Below are positions 55,512 to 64,000 of a stretch of DNA of 64,000 nucleotides, piece by piece. The notes beneath the pieces are model-generated. The model made no database searches. It saw only the letters and a list, made by a program, of their open reading frames with translations, and was not told where the DNA came from. Made by a program: the position numbers and the translations under genes. This stretch comes from an uncultured Actinomycetes bacterium. GTDB taxonomy: Bacteria; Chloroflexota; Dormibacteria; Aeolococcales; Aeolococcaceae. The stretch covers positions 236,012-300,011 of the forward strand of contig CAZDTK010000001.1 in the NCBI GenBank assembly GCA_964508345.1, in the 5' to 3' direction. Position 1 is the first letter of the stretch. Every line of letters starts with the position of its first letter.

Positions 55512-56233
55512 CACCCCCCGGCTCCGTCCCCGCTGACGAGAGCCGGGAACCTCCTGCGGATGGCGGTGACGCTCGGGGGCTGGCCGATGCCGGCGCCCAG
55601 GTCGACGTCGGGGAGCGGTGGCTCGGCCACCGTCCGGAGCGGGATCTCGCCGGCCCAGACCGGCAGGGCCCGGTCGGAGGCGGGGTCGAGCGGCGGGCCG
55701 GTGCGGACCTTGGCAGAGCACTCGGCCAGGTCCACCGCGATCACGGCGGTCGCCTCCAGCTCCTTCGGGCTGGGCTGGCGAACCTCCGCCCACCGTCCCG
55801 GCACGAGATGCTCCACGACCGCCCGCAGGGCCCTCCCGCGCTCCTCGGGGTCGGTGACCGGGCGGGCCCGTCCCCTCACCACCACGCTGCGGTAGTTCAT
55901 GGAGTGGCCGAAGGCGGAGCGGGCGAGCACCAGCCCGTCCAGGTGGGTGACGGTCACGCAGACACCCTGGAGGGCGGCCTGGAGGCTGCGGTTGGCGGCC
56001 GCCCCGTGGAGGTAGAGGGTGTCGCCGTCCCGGCCGAAGCCGGTCGGCAGCACCAGCGGCTCCCCGTCCACGATCACCCCCACGTGGCAGATCAGGGCCG
56101 CGTCGAGGATGGCGTGGATGGTCGCCCGGTCGTAGCGGGCGCGATCCGCGTGGCGCCGGACCTGGACGCGGGGGCTCGCCGGACCTGCGATCTCCGCCGC
56201 CTCCCCCTGATCCCGCGCCACATCAGCGGCCAT
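55511..56233 (-). CDS. pyridoxamine-5'-phosphate-oxidase-family (split-barrel flavin-binding) protein
   Basis: 240 aa; PNPOx-like pattern (RATIHAILDAALICHVGVIVDGEPLVLPTGF...); start codon preceded by a GAGGG RBS; 1-nt overlap with the eamA start. Confidence 0.65.
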   Translation of the reverse strand: MAADVARDQGEAAEIAGPASPRVQVRRHADRARYDRATIHAILDAALICHVGVIVDGEPLVLPTGFGRDGDTLYLHGAAANRSLQAALQGVCVTVTHLDGLVLARSAFGHSMNYRSVVVRGRARPVTDPEERGRALRAVVEHLVPGRWAEVRQPSPKELEATAVIAVDLAECSAKVRTGPPLDPASDRALPVWAGEIPLRTVAEPPLPDVDLGAGIGQPPSVTAIRRRFPALVSGDGAGG

Positions 56234-56252
56234 GCCTCTGCCCTCTATATGT

Positions 56253-56258
56253 TATAAT
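56253..56258 (+). promoter_or_regulatory. perfect TATAAT -10 hexamer 8 nt upstream of the MocR start codon (near-leaderless transcript likely), within a 33-bp divergent intergenic region
   Basis: Read directly from the sequence: tatatgttaTAATACaaactgATG. Confidence 0.4.
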
Positions 56259-56266
56259 ACAAACTG

Positions 56267-57592
56267 ATGAACGTTACCGAACTATTCTACATGAGCGGGC
56301 GGCGTGCCGCCGACCTGGCCGTCGCGGTCGAGGCCGCGGTCCGGGACGGCCGGCTCCAGCCGGGGGAGCGTCTGCCCACCGTCCGGACCGTGGCGGCCGA
56401 GCTGGAGGTGAGCCCGGCGACGGTCGCCGCCGCCTACCGGGAGCTGGGCCGCCGCGGGCTGGCGGTCGGGGCCGGCCGCTCCGGGACCTCGGTATCCCCC
56501 CGGCCTCCGCTCCACGCCTCGGTCCGGCCCCGGCTCCGTCCCGGGCTCCGCGACCTGGCACAGGGCCAGCCCGACCGCGAGCTGCTCCCCGACTGGAGCC
56601 GGGCGCTCGCCACGCTGCCCCGGCGTTCCCTCCTCTACGGCGCCCCGATGGTCGACCCCGAGCTGGCCGACCTGGCCCGGGACCGGCTCCGGGCCGACGG
56701 CCTCGACGCCACCCACCTCACCGTGGTGAGCGGGGCTGTCGACGGCATCGAGCGGATCCTCGGGGCCCACCTGCGCCCCGGCGACGGCGTCGCCGTCGAG
56801 GATCCCATCTACCCTCCGATCATCGACCTGCTCCGGGCCATGTCCCTGCGCAGCCTGGCGGTTCGGGTCGACTCGCGCGGCATGCTCGCCGACGACCTGG
56901 ACGGCGCCCTGCGGCGGGGCGCCCGGGCGGTGGTCATGACCCCGCGCAGCCAGAACCCGTTCGGCGGAGCCCTCGACGACCTGCGCCGCACCGAGCTGCG
57001 CCGCGTCCTCGCCCGCCATCCCGAGGCGCTGGTGGTCGAGGACGATCACGCCGAGGCGGTCGGCGGGGGGAGCGTGGTCGGCGTGTCGCTCCCGGATGCC
57101 CCGGCCTGGGCGGTGGTGCGGTCGGTCTCCAAGACCCTCGGCCCCGACCTCCGCCTCGCCGTCATCTGCGGCGACGAAGGGACGGTGGCGCGCGTCGAGG
57201 GACGGCTGTCGGTGGGCGCCGGTTGGGTCAGTCACCTGCTCCAGCGTCTGGTGATCAGCCTCTGGTCGCGCCCCGGACTCGACCTCCTCCTCGCCCACGC
57301 CGCGGACATCTACCGCCAGCGACGCGAGGGTCTCCTCGAGGCCCTCGAGACGCGTGGCATCGCCGCCCACGGCGCCACCGGCTTCAACGTCTGGGTCCCG
57401 GTGGAGGCCGAGGCCCCCGTGCTCGACGCCCTCGCCGACGCGGGCTACGCGGCCCTTCCCGGTGAGCGCTTCCGGATCGCCACCGGGCCCGCGATCCGGA
57501 TCACCTGCGCCGGTCTCGACCCCGTCGAGGCGGAGGCGGTGGCCGACGCGGTGGCCGCCGCGGGCCGCCCCGGATCCTCGCGTCTGACCTGA
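56267..57592 (+). CDS. MocR/GabR-type regulator (GntR HTH fused to a PLP-dependent aminotransferase-like domain)
   Basis: N-terminal GntR HTH ([25 protein letters not shown]), C-terminal fold-type-I aminotransferase-like domain with [13 protein letters not shown] (PLP Lys context). Confidence 0.85.
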   Translation: MNVTELFYMSGRRAADLAVAVEAAVRDGRLQPGERLPTVRTVAAELEVSPATVAAAYRELGRRGLAVGAGRSGTSVSPRPPLHASVRPRLRPGLRDLAQGQPDRELLPDWSRALATLPRRSLLYGAPMVDPELADLARDRLRADGLDATHLTVVSGAVDGIERILGAHLRPGDGVAVEDPIYPPIIDLLRAMSLRSLAVRVDSRGMLADDLDGALRRGARAVVMTPRSQNPFGGALDDLRRTELRRVLARHPEALVVEDDHAEAVGGGSVVGVSLPDAPAWAVVRSVSKTLGPDLRLAVICGDEGTVARVEGRLSVGAGWVSHLLQRLVISLWSRPGLDLLLAHAADIYRQRREGLLEALETRGIAAHGATGFNVWVPVEAEAPVLDALADAGYAALPGERFRIATGPAIRITCAGLDPVEAEAVADAVAAAGRPGSSRLT

Positions 57593-57845
57593 GCGCTTCC
57601 GAGGAGGCGCGGCGCGCCGCCAACCACTCCGCGTACGGTCTGGGCGGCAACGTGTGGACGGGGACGTGGGGCGAGGAGTGCGATTCGCCCGCCGCATGGA
57701 GACGGGAGGCGTCTTCGTCAACGGCATGACCCACTCCGACCCGCGGCTGCCGTTCGGCGGTGTCAAGCGCAGCGGCTACGGCCGCGAGCTGCACGCCTTC
57801 GGCATCCGCGAGTTCGTCAAAGTCAAGACGATCTGGGTGGTCTAG
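57593..57845 (+). pseudogene. C-terminal remnant (~85 aa) of an aldehyde dehydrogenase, internally frameshifted
   Basis: [21 protein letters not shown] in one frame (beginning inside the MocR 3' end), then after a 1-nt slip at acggggac: [21 protein letters not shown]...[13 protein letters not shown]...[10 protein letters not shown]; no N-terminal ~400 aa present. Confidence 0.6.
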
Positions 57846-57878
57846 CGGCGTGGGCAGGAGTGCGGGCGGATCTCTCCC

Positions 57879-59414
57879 TCAGCAGCCCGGAGCGGTGAGG
57901 ATGAGGAGGACCCCGACGATGTTGATGGTCATGTGGATGATCGCCCCCGGCCACACCGACCTCGACTTGGCGTAGACGTAGGCGAGCAGGATTCCACTCA
58001 GGAAGACGGGGAGGAAGAGCGTCGGCTCCGCCCAGCCCACGTGGGCGGCCGAGAAGATCGCCGCACTGATGAGGACCGCGCCCCACAGCGGCAGCCGTCC
58101 CTGCAGCCAGCCGAAGGTGAAGCCGCGGAAGATGATCTCCTCCGAGATCGGCGCGATGACCGCGACCGCGAGCAGGGCCAGGGCGATCGAGCTGCCGAAC
58201 TCGCCCCGGATGCCGACGCACTGGTTGGTGGAGTTGGCGCCGGGGAAGATGACCCTGCTCAGCAGCCCGCCGCCGTCCTGGAGGACCAGCGCGGCGAAGC
58301 CCAGCGGGATCCCCGCCGCCAGCCACGGCCACGACGGCAGGCGGAGGCCCAGCGCCAGCAGCGAGGTGTGGCGGCGCAGCCCGACCAGGAGCGCGATCAG
58401 CAGCAGGCTGCCGCCATACACCGCGATCTCGTCCGCGTAGGAGAGCGCGACGGCGCCTCCGCTTCCGGCGGTGATCCCCAATCCCTGGGCCGTCACCCCC
58501 GCGACCCAATTGGCGGCCAGGATGATGGGCAGCAGCGTGACCAGCACCGGGGCCACGTCGGTCCAGGTCCACGACGTCCGGGGGGGCGGCCCCTCCGCCG
58601 CCGAGCGCGCCGAGGGGAGGAGCGGGGCGGCTGCCGGCGGTCGGGTGGGGACCACCGTCCAGCCGTAGGGGCCGGGGGCCCAGACCATCGGCATCGGCCG
58701 CACCGCGAGCACCAGGCTGCTGGCCATCCGGTCGCCGAGCGCGCGCCGCCAGGGGTCGGCCAGCCCCGGGATGAAGCCGATGCCGACCGTGAGCAGGCTC
58801 CACCACCAGCCGGCGGTGCGGAGCATCGTCTGCCCCCAGGTGAGCCGCTCGCCGCTCCTCGCGTCGACCACGCGCAGGCCGAGGGCGCGCATCCCCGGGG
58901 TGGCCCCCGAGTGCCAGCCGAGCGCCGGGTAGACGAAGGGGATGGCGATCAGGCTGAGCAGGGCGATCAGCTCCCCGATCAGGAAGCCGGGCAGGTTCGC
59001 ATCCGCCGTGGTCGCGACCGTGGCCGGGGCGATGGCCGCCTCCACGATGCTGCCCCCGGCCACCACCCCGATCACCACGAGGATGGCGATGAAGACCCAG
59101 TCCAGGGCGAAGGCGCCCAGGCGCCGCCCGAATCCGGCGAGCTGGAGCTCCCGGATCCCGAACCCGCTGGCAGGTGCGCCCCTCGGGGGCGGCGGAGGGA
59201 GTGCCCCCTGCAGAGCGGGCGGCCATGCCGGTGGCTGTCCCGGGGGTGGCGGCCATGCGGGTGGCGGTGCCGCGGGCGGTTGTCCCGGAGGCGGCGGCCA
59301 TGTGGGTGGCGGCCCCGCGGGCGGTTGCCACGCCGGGGGAGGGGGAGCCGCGGCCGCCGGAAGGCTCCAGCCCGAGGGCGGAGGCGGGGGCGCAGGTGGG
59401 GGAGACTGGTCCAT
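57879..59414 (-). CDS. RDD-domain / CPBP (CAAX-protease-like) intramembrane metalloprotease fusion with a Pro-rich N-terminal repeat region
   Basis: N-terminal PPPPGQPPA-type repeats; RDD segment GFGRRLGAFALDWVFIAIL; C-terminal CPBP motifs EEIIFRG ... FSAAH ... HMTIN. Confidence 0.7.
   Translation of the reverse strand: MDQSPPPAPPPPPSGWSLPAAAAPPPPAWQPPAGPPPTWPPPPGQPPAAPPPAWPPPPGQPPAWPPALQGALPPPPPRGAPASGFGIRELQLAGFGRRLGAFALDWVFIAILVVIGVVAGGSIVEAAIAPATVATTADANLPGFLIGELIALLSLIAIPFVYPALGWHSGATPGMRALGLRVVDARSGERLTWGQTMLRTAGWWWSLLTVGIGFIPGLADPWRRALGDRMASSLVLAVRPMPMVWAPGPYGWTVVPTRPPAAAPLLPSARSAAEGPPPRTSWTWTDVAPVLVTLLPIILAANWVAGVTAQGLGITAGSGGAVALSYADEIAVYGGSLLLIALLVGLRRHTSLLALGLRLPSWPWLAAGIPLGFAALVLQDGGGLLSRVIFPGANSTNQCVGIRGEFGSSIALALLAVAVIAPISEEIIFRGFTFGWLQGRLPLWGAVLISAAIFSAAHVGWAEPTLFLPVFLSGILLAYVYAKSRSVWPGAIIHMTINIVGVLLILTAPGC
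59222..59345. repeat. imperfect ~36-45-nt tandem repeats (GGCGGCCATGYGGGTGGCGG...) encoding the Pro-rich repeats of the RDD-CPBP protein
   Basis: Three consecutive units visible by eye in 59222-59345. Confidence 0.5.
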
Positions 59415-59489
59415 GGGACCTCGTCCGTGGAGAGCGGAGGTGCCGGCGGATTGTAAACGGCTCCCGGCCCGGGCCTCCGCCCCTGCCGG

Positions 59490-60374
59490 TCAGTACGCGA
59501 CGGTGCCCGCGCTCTCCGCCTGACCCTGCCCCTCGGTACCGATCAGGGATTCCTTGCCCTCGCCGCGCCGGGAGGATGCACCCAGCCAGCTCACCTCGCG
59601 CCCGCGCGGCGGGGACGTCATCCACCGGGAGGTGGCCGGCCAGGGCGGGCCCGTGAGCCACGACCAGCGGTCCGGCGAGCGGAAGCGGAGCTGCCGCCAG
59701 CCGTGGCGCACCGCGGTCCTGCTGAGCCGCCGGTCGGCGTTCACCGTCGTCGGGTGGCCCACCGCCTGGAGCATCGGGATGTCCCCCACCCCGTCGCCAT
59801 AGGCGTAGGAGCCCTCGAGGTCGACGCGGTGGGCCGCCGCGAGGCGGCGGACCGCGTCCACCTTGGCGTTGCCGTGGCAGAGGGAGACCAAGCCCGTGTA
59901 GCGGCCGGAGACGATCTCCGCCTCGGAGGCCACCACGCCATCCGCGCCGACGATCCCACCCAGCCTGTCGATCAGCTCGTGGGTGGAGGCCGAGACCAGG
60001 AAGATCAGGTGGCCGCGCTCGCGGTGCCAGGCGATCAGGTCCAGGGCTTCGGCGTAGAGGCGGGGGCCGAGCACCCGGGGGATGGTCCGCTCCGCCACCC
60101 GGCGCAGCTCGGCCACCTCCATGCCGCGGACCGCGTCACCGATGGCCCGGACCGATTGCTGGACCTCCTGCTCGCTGAAGCCCCGGGCGCTGAACTGCAG
60201 GCCCTGGACCGCGGCGTGGAAAAGGGAGCCGCTCGAGATCAGCCCCGCCCGCCACAGCGGACCCGCCAGCGCCATCATCGACGAGCCCCGAACGACGGTC
60301 CGATCGACGTCGAAAAACGCTGCGATCCGCCAGGGTCGGGGTTCCACGGCTACCATCCCGCCCCATGCAAGCAC
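59490..60374 (-). CDS. HAD-IB-family hydrolase (phosphoserine-phosphatase-like)
   Basis: FFDVDRTVV (motif I), ...YAYGDGVGDIPML (motif IV); C-terminal ~70 aa look non-domain. Confidence 0.6.
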   Translation of the reverse strand: MLAWGGMVAVEPRPWRIAAFFDVDRTVVRGSSMMALAGPLWRAGLISSGSLFHAAVQGLQFSARGFSEQEVQQSVRAIGDAVRGMEVAELRRVAERTIPRVLGPRLYAEALDLIAWHRERGHLIFLVSASTHELIDRLGGIVGADGVVASEAEIVSGRYTGLVSLCHGNAKVDAVRRLAAAHRVDLEGSYAYGDGVGDIPMLQAVGHPTTVNADRRLSRTAVRHGWRQLRFRSPDRWSWLTGPPWPATSRWMTSPPRGREVSWLGASSRRGEGKESLIGTEGQGQAESAGTVAY

Positions 60375-60376
60375 GA

Positions 60377-61258
60377 ATGACCCTCGCCGCGCCCAGAGTG
60401 AGCCACCTGTTAACCGAAGGGCGAACTCGTCTTAGGGCCTCGAAGGCAATCGACCACTGGCGAGGGGCAATCGCGCGCGAGGACGCCGCGGATCTCCTCG
60501 CCCTGGCCATCGGAGTCGACGTCGACGATCTCGACCCGAAGGCGTCGGTTCCAGCGCGCGTGGAGCGCCGTTACCGCGACTACGTGGAGCGTCGAGCGGG
60601 GGGCGAGCCGGTGGCCCTGATCCGGGGCGTCGTGGACTTCGCCGGCCTCACCCTCCAGGTGCGCCCGGGTGTCTTCGTGCCCCGCCGGACCAGCGAGCTG
60701 ATGGCCGAGACCGCGGTCGCCGCCCTGCGCCGCCGCTCGGTCAAGGTGGCGGTCGACGTCGCCTGCGGGGCGGGGCCGGTAGCCTGCACGGTCGCTCACG
60801 CCCTGCCCACGGCTGAGGTCTGGGGGCTGGACATCGACCCGGCCGCGGTCGCCCTGAGCCGGGCCAATGCGCGCCGCCATCACCTCGCCAACGCCCATTT
60901 CGCGGTCTCCGACCTTCTCGACGGGCTGCCTCGGCGCCTTCGCCGTGGGGTCGGCGTCTTCACGATGCACCCACCCTACGTGGCCCGGGCGGACATCCGC
61001 AGCCTGCCCCGGGAGATCCGCGGCTTCGAGCCCCGCCACACCCTGACCGACGGGTCGCCCGACGGGCTGGGCATGGTTCGGGATCTGGTCGACCAGGCTC
61101 CCGAATGGCTCCAACCCGGCGGCCGGGTCCTGGTCGAGGTCGCCCCCTTTCTCAGCCGCCCGATCCAGGCGCTGATGCGCCGCGCCGATCTCGAGGTGAC
61201 CGTCTCGTCCGACCCCGGCGGGATCACCCGGGTCGTCTCGGGACGGCTGTCCCGCTAG
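60377..61258 (+). CDS. HemK/PrmC-like N5-glutamine (or N6-adenine) methyltransferase
   Basis: SAM motif VDVACGAGPVA, catalytic-type motif HPPY; start taken at the second Met to avoid a divergent overlap (the ORF opens at 60365). Confidence 0.65.
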   Translation: MTLAAPRVSHLLTEGRTRLRASKAIDHWRGAIAREDAADLLALAIGVDVDDLDPKASVPARVERRYRDYVERRAGGEPVALIRGVVDFAGLTLQVRPGVFVPRRTSELMAETAVAALRRRSVKVAVDVACGAGPVACTVAHALPTAEVWGLDIDPAAVALSRANARRHHLANAHFAVSDLLDGLPRRLRRGVGVFTMHPPYVARADIRSLPREIRGFEPRHTLTDGSPDGLGMVRDLVDQAPEWLQPGGRVLVEVAPFLSRPIQALMRRADLEVTVSSDPGGITRVVSGRLSR

Positions 61259-61295
61259 CCGTTCGCGGCCGGCACCCGGTCCGCCCGCCCGGCCC

Positions 61296-62165
61296 TCAAC
61301 CGGCCAGGTCGACCCCGGCGGCAGAGAGCGCGTCGGTCCCCGAGGCCAGGACGGTCAGCCCCTTGGCCGCGAGCGCCGCGTCTCCATCGGCGATGCCCTC
61401 GGCGAGATCGGCGCCGGCGGTCGCGTCATCGCGGAAGGCCGTGCGCAGCTCCGGGTCCGCCGCCTTCTCGGCCGCGGTCACCGGCGTCTGCGCGCGGATG
61501 TCGGTCAGCGATGCCTCCGCGGCCAGGGCCAGGGCGCGCGCCGCGCTCTCGCAGCTCAGCCCCGAGGCGGTGGCGCAGGCCGGGTCCATCTCCGCAAGGG
61601 GGGTGAGAACCTGGCAGATGTCGGCGAATGCGGCCGCCGTGTAGGCGTCCGGTGGGCTGCCGCCGCTGCAGTCGGCGGGCTGGATGGGCGGCTCCCCCGA
61701 GATGGCGGGCGCCGAGATGTCGGGGAGAGGCAGGGGCGTGGCGGTCGCGGGGGCGGGTGTGGGTGTGGCGGCGGTCGGGCGGCTCGCCCCGCCGCTGACC
61801 AGCAGGTAGGCGCCGACGCCGGCCGCGCCGGCGATCACCACCCCGCCGAGGATTGCGAGCCCGATCCTCCACCCCGCCGGCCTCCGCGCCGGTCTGTCCG
61901 GCTCCCCGCCGGACGGAGGAGGCTCGCCCTCGGGGGGGAACGGCATCCCGCCGAAAGGCTCCGGAGGGCTGGGGGGTGGGCTCCACGTCGTCCAGCCGGG
62001 CGGCGGGGAGGGAGGGATAGCCGGCCCTGAGGGAGGCGGTTGCGGTTCCACAGGTGGGGGAGGCGGCTCCAGAGGTGGGGGAGGCGACTCCGCAGGAGCG
62101 GGAGGCGGTTTCGAAAGGGGCGGGGGGTCCGACGGAGGTGGCGGCGGCGGGGCCTGGTCGCTCAT
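61296..62165 (-). CDS. Pro-rich, single-pass membrane-anchored protein with a Cys-containing extracytoplasmic domain
   Basis: N-terminal PPPPPPS... region, TM helice IGLAILGGVVIAGAAGVGAYLLV, 6 Cys in the C-terminal half. Confidence 0.5.
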   Translation of the reverse strand: MSDQAPPPPPPSDPPPLSKPPPAPAESPPPPLEPPPPPVEPQPPPSGPAIPPSPPPGWTTWSPPPSPPEPFGGMPFPPEGEPPPSGGEPDRPARRPAGWRIGLAILGGVVIAGAAGVGAYLLVSGGASRPTAATPTPAPATATPLPLPDISAPAISGEPPIQPADCSGGSPPDAYTAAAFADICQVLTPLAEMDPACATASGLSCESAARALALAAEASLTDIRAQTPVTAAEKAADPELRTAFRDDATAGADLAEGIADGDAALAAKGLTVLASGTDALSAAGVDLAG

Positions 62166-62259
62166 GGGATTGCCGCCAAGTCTGCACAGTCGGCGGGGTT
62201 GTCGCCCGGACGCCCTCCAGGGGGGATTGGCACTGCGGCCGTATACTCGATTGCAGCGT

Positions 62260-62335
<76 letters not shown>

Positions 62336-62371
62336 CCGCACAGCAGAGCCACGGATCCGATCACACGGTCG

Positions 62372-62422
62372 GTGCGTGCCGGCCCTCGGTCGCACGCACG
62401 CGCCGGGTGATCTCCCCGGCGC
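62372..62422. terminator. two consecutive GC-rich hairpins (GTGCGTGC-N12-GCACGCAC; GCGCCGGG-N7-CCCGGCGC) between the tRNA-Arg(CCG) 3' end and a convergent gene
   Basis: Inverted repeats read directly; no U-tract, so these are intrinsic-terminator-like only in structure. Confidence 0.4.
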
Positions 62423-62446
62423 GTGCGGCTCCGATGGGGGATGGCC

Positions 62447-63013
62447 TCAGACCAGGACGCGCTCCACGACGCGCTGGCGCCGGCCGCTCCCCGACAGCCC
62501 GAAGACCCTCACCACCTGCCACCCGATGATCGTGGCCAGGACCATGACCAGGAGGTCGCTCCAGCGGAGGGTCAGCCCCGAGATTCGCGGGACCGAGGCG
62601 AAGATCCCGTCGAAGGGCCCGGACAGCCACGAGCCCGCGACGAAGATGAGGTGCGCAAACCCGGTGTTGGCCGCGGCGATGAGGCGGAAGAGGAAGTCGA
62701 GGCCGACGACGGCGTCGATCAGCCCCACGAGGAGGTAGATCCCCTGGCGGATGCGCTGCTCCGCCATCGTTCGCGCCAGCAGGATCCGTGTCCGCTGGGG
62801 CGCGCCCTGCACCTCCCTGACGGGCTGCTGGGTCTCCCGAGCCGGCTGGCGGACGGCCGCCGGTGCGGGGGACTCCAGGCGCTCCGGCGCCGGCTCCCCC
62901 TCCTTGTCGGTCGTTCCTCGCATCTCGCGCGATCCCTGCATGATCATCGCTGTGAACCTCCGGTGCCTGCCCCTCTCTGGGACGCTTTCGGCATCAGCGA
63001 TATCATAACTCAT
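62447..63013 (-). CDS. YggT-family-like membrane protein (N-terminal region/start uncertain)
   Basis: C-terminal half has YggT-like TM pattern (IYLLVGLIDAVVGLDFLFRLIAAANTGFAHLIFVAGSWLSGPFDG...); unusually AT-rich 5' end and upstream region (cattataacgctgttgtaatgtatga). Confidence 0.45.
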   Translation of the reverse strand: MSYDIADAESVPERGRHRRFTAMIMQGSREMRGTTDKEGEPAPERLESPAPAAVRQPARETQQPVREVQGAPQRTRILLARTMAEQRIRQGIYLLVGLIDAVVGLDFLFRLIAAANTGFAHLIFVAGSWLSGPFDGIFASVPRISGLTLRWSDLLVMVLATIIGWQVVRVFGLSGSGRRQRVVERVLV

Positions 63014-63100
63014 TATAACGCTGTTGTAATGTATGACCTTCTCGGCAGGGACGATGAGGCCCCGTGCGTCAGGACGCCGCAGGGAGGGATCCGGCCGGCG

Positions 63101-63994
63101 TCACCACCACTCGAAGGGGCGGCCGTCCCACTCGTCGAGGCGCGGGTACCAGGGGTGCTCGGCCAGCTCCTCGAGCCGGCCCTCGAAGGCGTCGACCTCG
63201 GCGGCGCTCAGGAGCTTGCCGAGCGCCTCGCGGAGCGCCGGGCGGGCGTCGCCGTCACGGAGCCGGCGGACCAGCTCGGCGTCCGCGGCGTCCAGGTCGT
63301 CGCCGCCCAGGCCGAGCAGCACCGTCCGCTGGCGCGGGTAGGGGAGGAAGGTGAGGGCGTTGTCGATCCCCCAGAGGTGTGACCGCGTGTCGAGCAGGAG
63401 GTGGGCCTGCTTGCGATCGGCGTTGTTGGCCAGGACGTCGAACGCGGCCAGCCGGTGCAGCTGGAGCTCGATGCCCTCCGCCTCGGCCTCGGGAAGGGGC
63501 TCCTCGGCGGGATGGACGTAGAGCTGGACGCTCCCCGGTCCCAGCGGCCCGTCGCGAAGGCCGGTGGGCGGGACCACGCCCATGCCCGCCGCGGCGCTGA
63601 GCAGGTAGGCGGCGCGCTCGCGCAGGTGGAGCGTGTGGCGGGTGAAGTCATGGAGCGGGCGCTCCCCGCGCGCCGGCTTGTAGATGGCGCGCAGCGGCTG
63701 ACCCTCGATGTTGGGATCCGGCGCGTCGAGCTCGAGGAGGAAGACGGCGTTGCTGGAGTCGACGACCCGGCCCACCGCGTGCACCGGCGCCGTGGCCAGC
63801 TGCTCGAGGATCGCGGCCTCGGCCGGGGTCGCCAGCGCGGCCGTGTCCTCGGCCGCCAGGCGGAAGCGTCGCAGCAGCGACTCGGCGCTGACGTCGGCGG
63901 CCAGACGCCCTCGCCGTCCCGCCCCGGGGTCGAGGTGGCGTCGATACCGGCGCAGCTCCGCCTCGGCGTCCATGGGCTCCGGCTCCGCGTCCAT
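63101..63994 (-). CDS. SCO1664-family protein (PI3/4-kinase-like fold); N-terminal end at or beyond the window edge
   Basis: 297 aa to the window end; AIYKPARGERPLHDF ... GIDNALTF pattern of the actinobacterial SCO1664 family (recall-based). Confidence 0.65.
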   Translation of the reverse strand: MDAEPEPMDAEAELRRYRRHLDPGAGRRGRLAADVSAESLLRRFRLAAEDTAALATPAEAAILEQLATAPVHAVGRVVDSSNAVFLLELDAPDPNIEGQPLRAIYKPARGERPLHDFTRHTLHLRERAAYLLSAAAGMGVVPPTGLRDGPLGPGSVQLYVHPAEEPLPEAEAEGIELQLHRLAAFDVLANNADRKQAHLLLDTRSHLWGIDNALTFLPYPRQRTVLLGLGGDDLDAADAELVRRLRDGDARPALREALGKLLSAAEVDAFEGRLEELAEHPWYPRLDEWDGRPFEWW

Positions 63995-64000
63995 GCCGAC

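Noticed and set aside
56241-56262. tgttataataca in the MocR/PNPOx intergenic region, as a palindromic operator
   Set aside because: On checking, it is not a true inverted repeat (TGTTATAATACA against TGTATTATAACA). Only the TATAAT -10 hexamer is reported.
57823-59661. 612-aa minus-strand ORF and 507-aa plus-strand ORF 57933..59456
   Set aside because: These are alternative frames over the RDD-CPBP gene. Only the 57879..59414 frame yields TM helices and CPBP motifs.

Overview
This is a 64 kb stretch of high-GC (roughly 70%) bacterial chromosome. The gene content points to an actinobacterium or a similar high-GC Gram-positive lineage: an F420-dependent LLM oxidoreductase, an SCO1664-family protein, an ECF41-type sigma factor, a LAL-family regulator, and a tkt/tal/zwf/pgl pentose-phosphate operon. 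Coding density is high on both strands. The six-frame track also contains many very long ORFs that are simply the antisense or alternate frame of real genes, as expected at this GC; these are listed as rejected.

Main blocks, in order:
- 1-7.5 kb: secreted or membrane proteins of unknown function (BNR/Asp-box propeller, lipoprotein, DUF4386, DUF1801, YdeI-like, cupin).
- 7.5-14.8 kb (minus strand): pentose-phosphate operon tkt, then a tal-pgi fusion, zwf and pgl, with no opcA.
- 15-21.5 kb: an S53 sedolisin peptidase, then a LAL (AAA+ LuxR) regulator divergent from three small secreted or lipoprotein paralogs.
- 22.07 kb: tRNA-Arg(ACG), followed by a roughly 7.5 kb stretch of clearly lower GC (about 47-58%, against about 70% either side) that looks like a horizontally acquired island. 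It carries an atypical two-component pair (a REC protein with an unknown C-terminal domain, translationally coupled to a cytoplasmic zinc-ribbon histidine kinase), a Vsr endonuclease, a C5-cytosine methyltransferase, a 393-aa candidate PD-(D/E)xK restriction endonuclease coupled to a small Cys-rich ORF, and a membrane protein. No integrase is visible. This island is the strongest candidate for a novel system in the window.
- 29.9-39.3 kb: a sugar-phosphate catabolic cluster (HAD phosphatase, two BtpA/SgcQ paralogs, alpha/beta hydrolase, sugar-phosphate isomerase/epimerase, FGGY kinase, metallophosphoesterase, DeoR regulator, divergent APC permease).
- 39.5-47 kb: two VapBC-type toxin-antitoxin pairs, an orphan nucleotidyltransferase-like protein, a TetR/methyltransferase divergent pair with twin palindromic operators, an orphan REC, the F420-dependent LLM oxidoreductase, and a membrane flavodoxin followed in-frame by a GNAT gene that has no canonical start.
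- 47-63 kb: DoxX, BON-domain and secreted proteins; an ATP-dependent DNA ligase with a separate LigD polymerase domain coupled to a 5'-nucleotidase; an ECF41 sigma with a frameshifted NmrA-like partner; DedA, EamA, PNPOx-like and a MocR regulator followed by a decayed aldehyde dehydrogenase remnant; an RDD-CPBP fusion with Pro-rich tandem repeats; HAD-IB; a HemK-like methyltransferase; tRNA-Arg(CCG); YggT-like; and an SCO1664-family gene.

No CRISPR array, rRNA or recognisable transposase/integrase was found.
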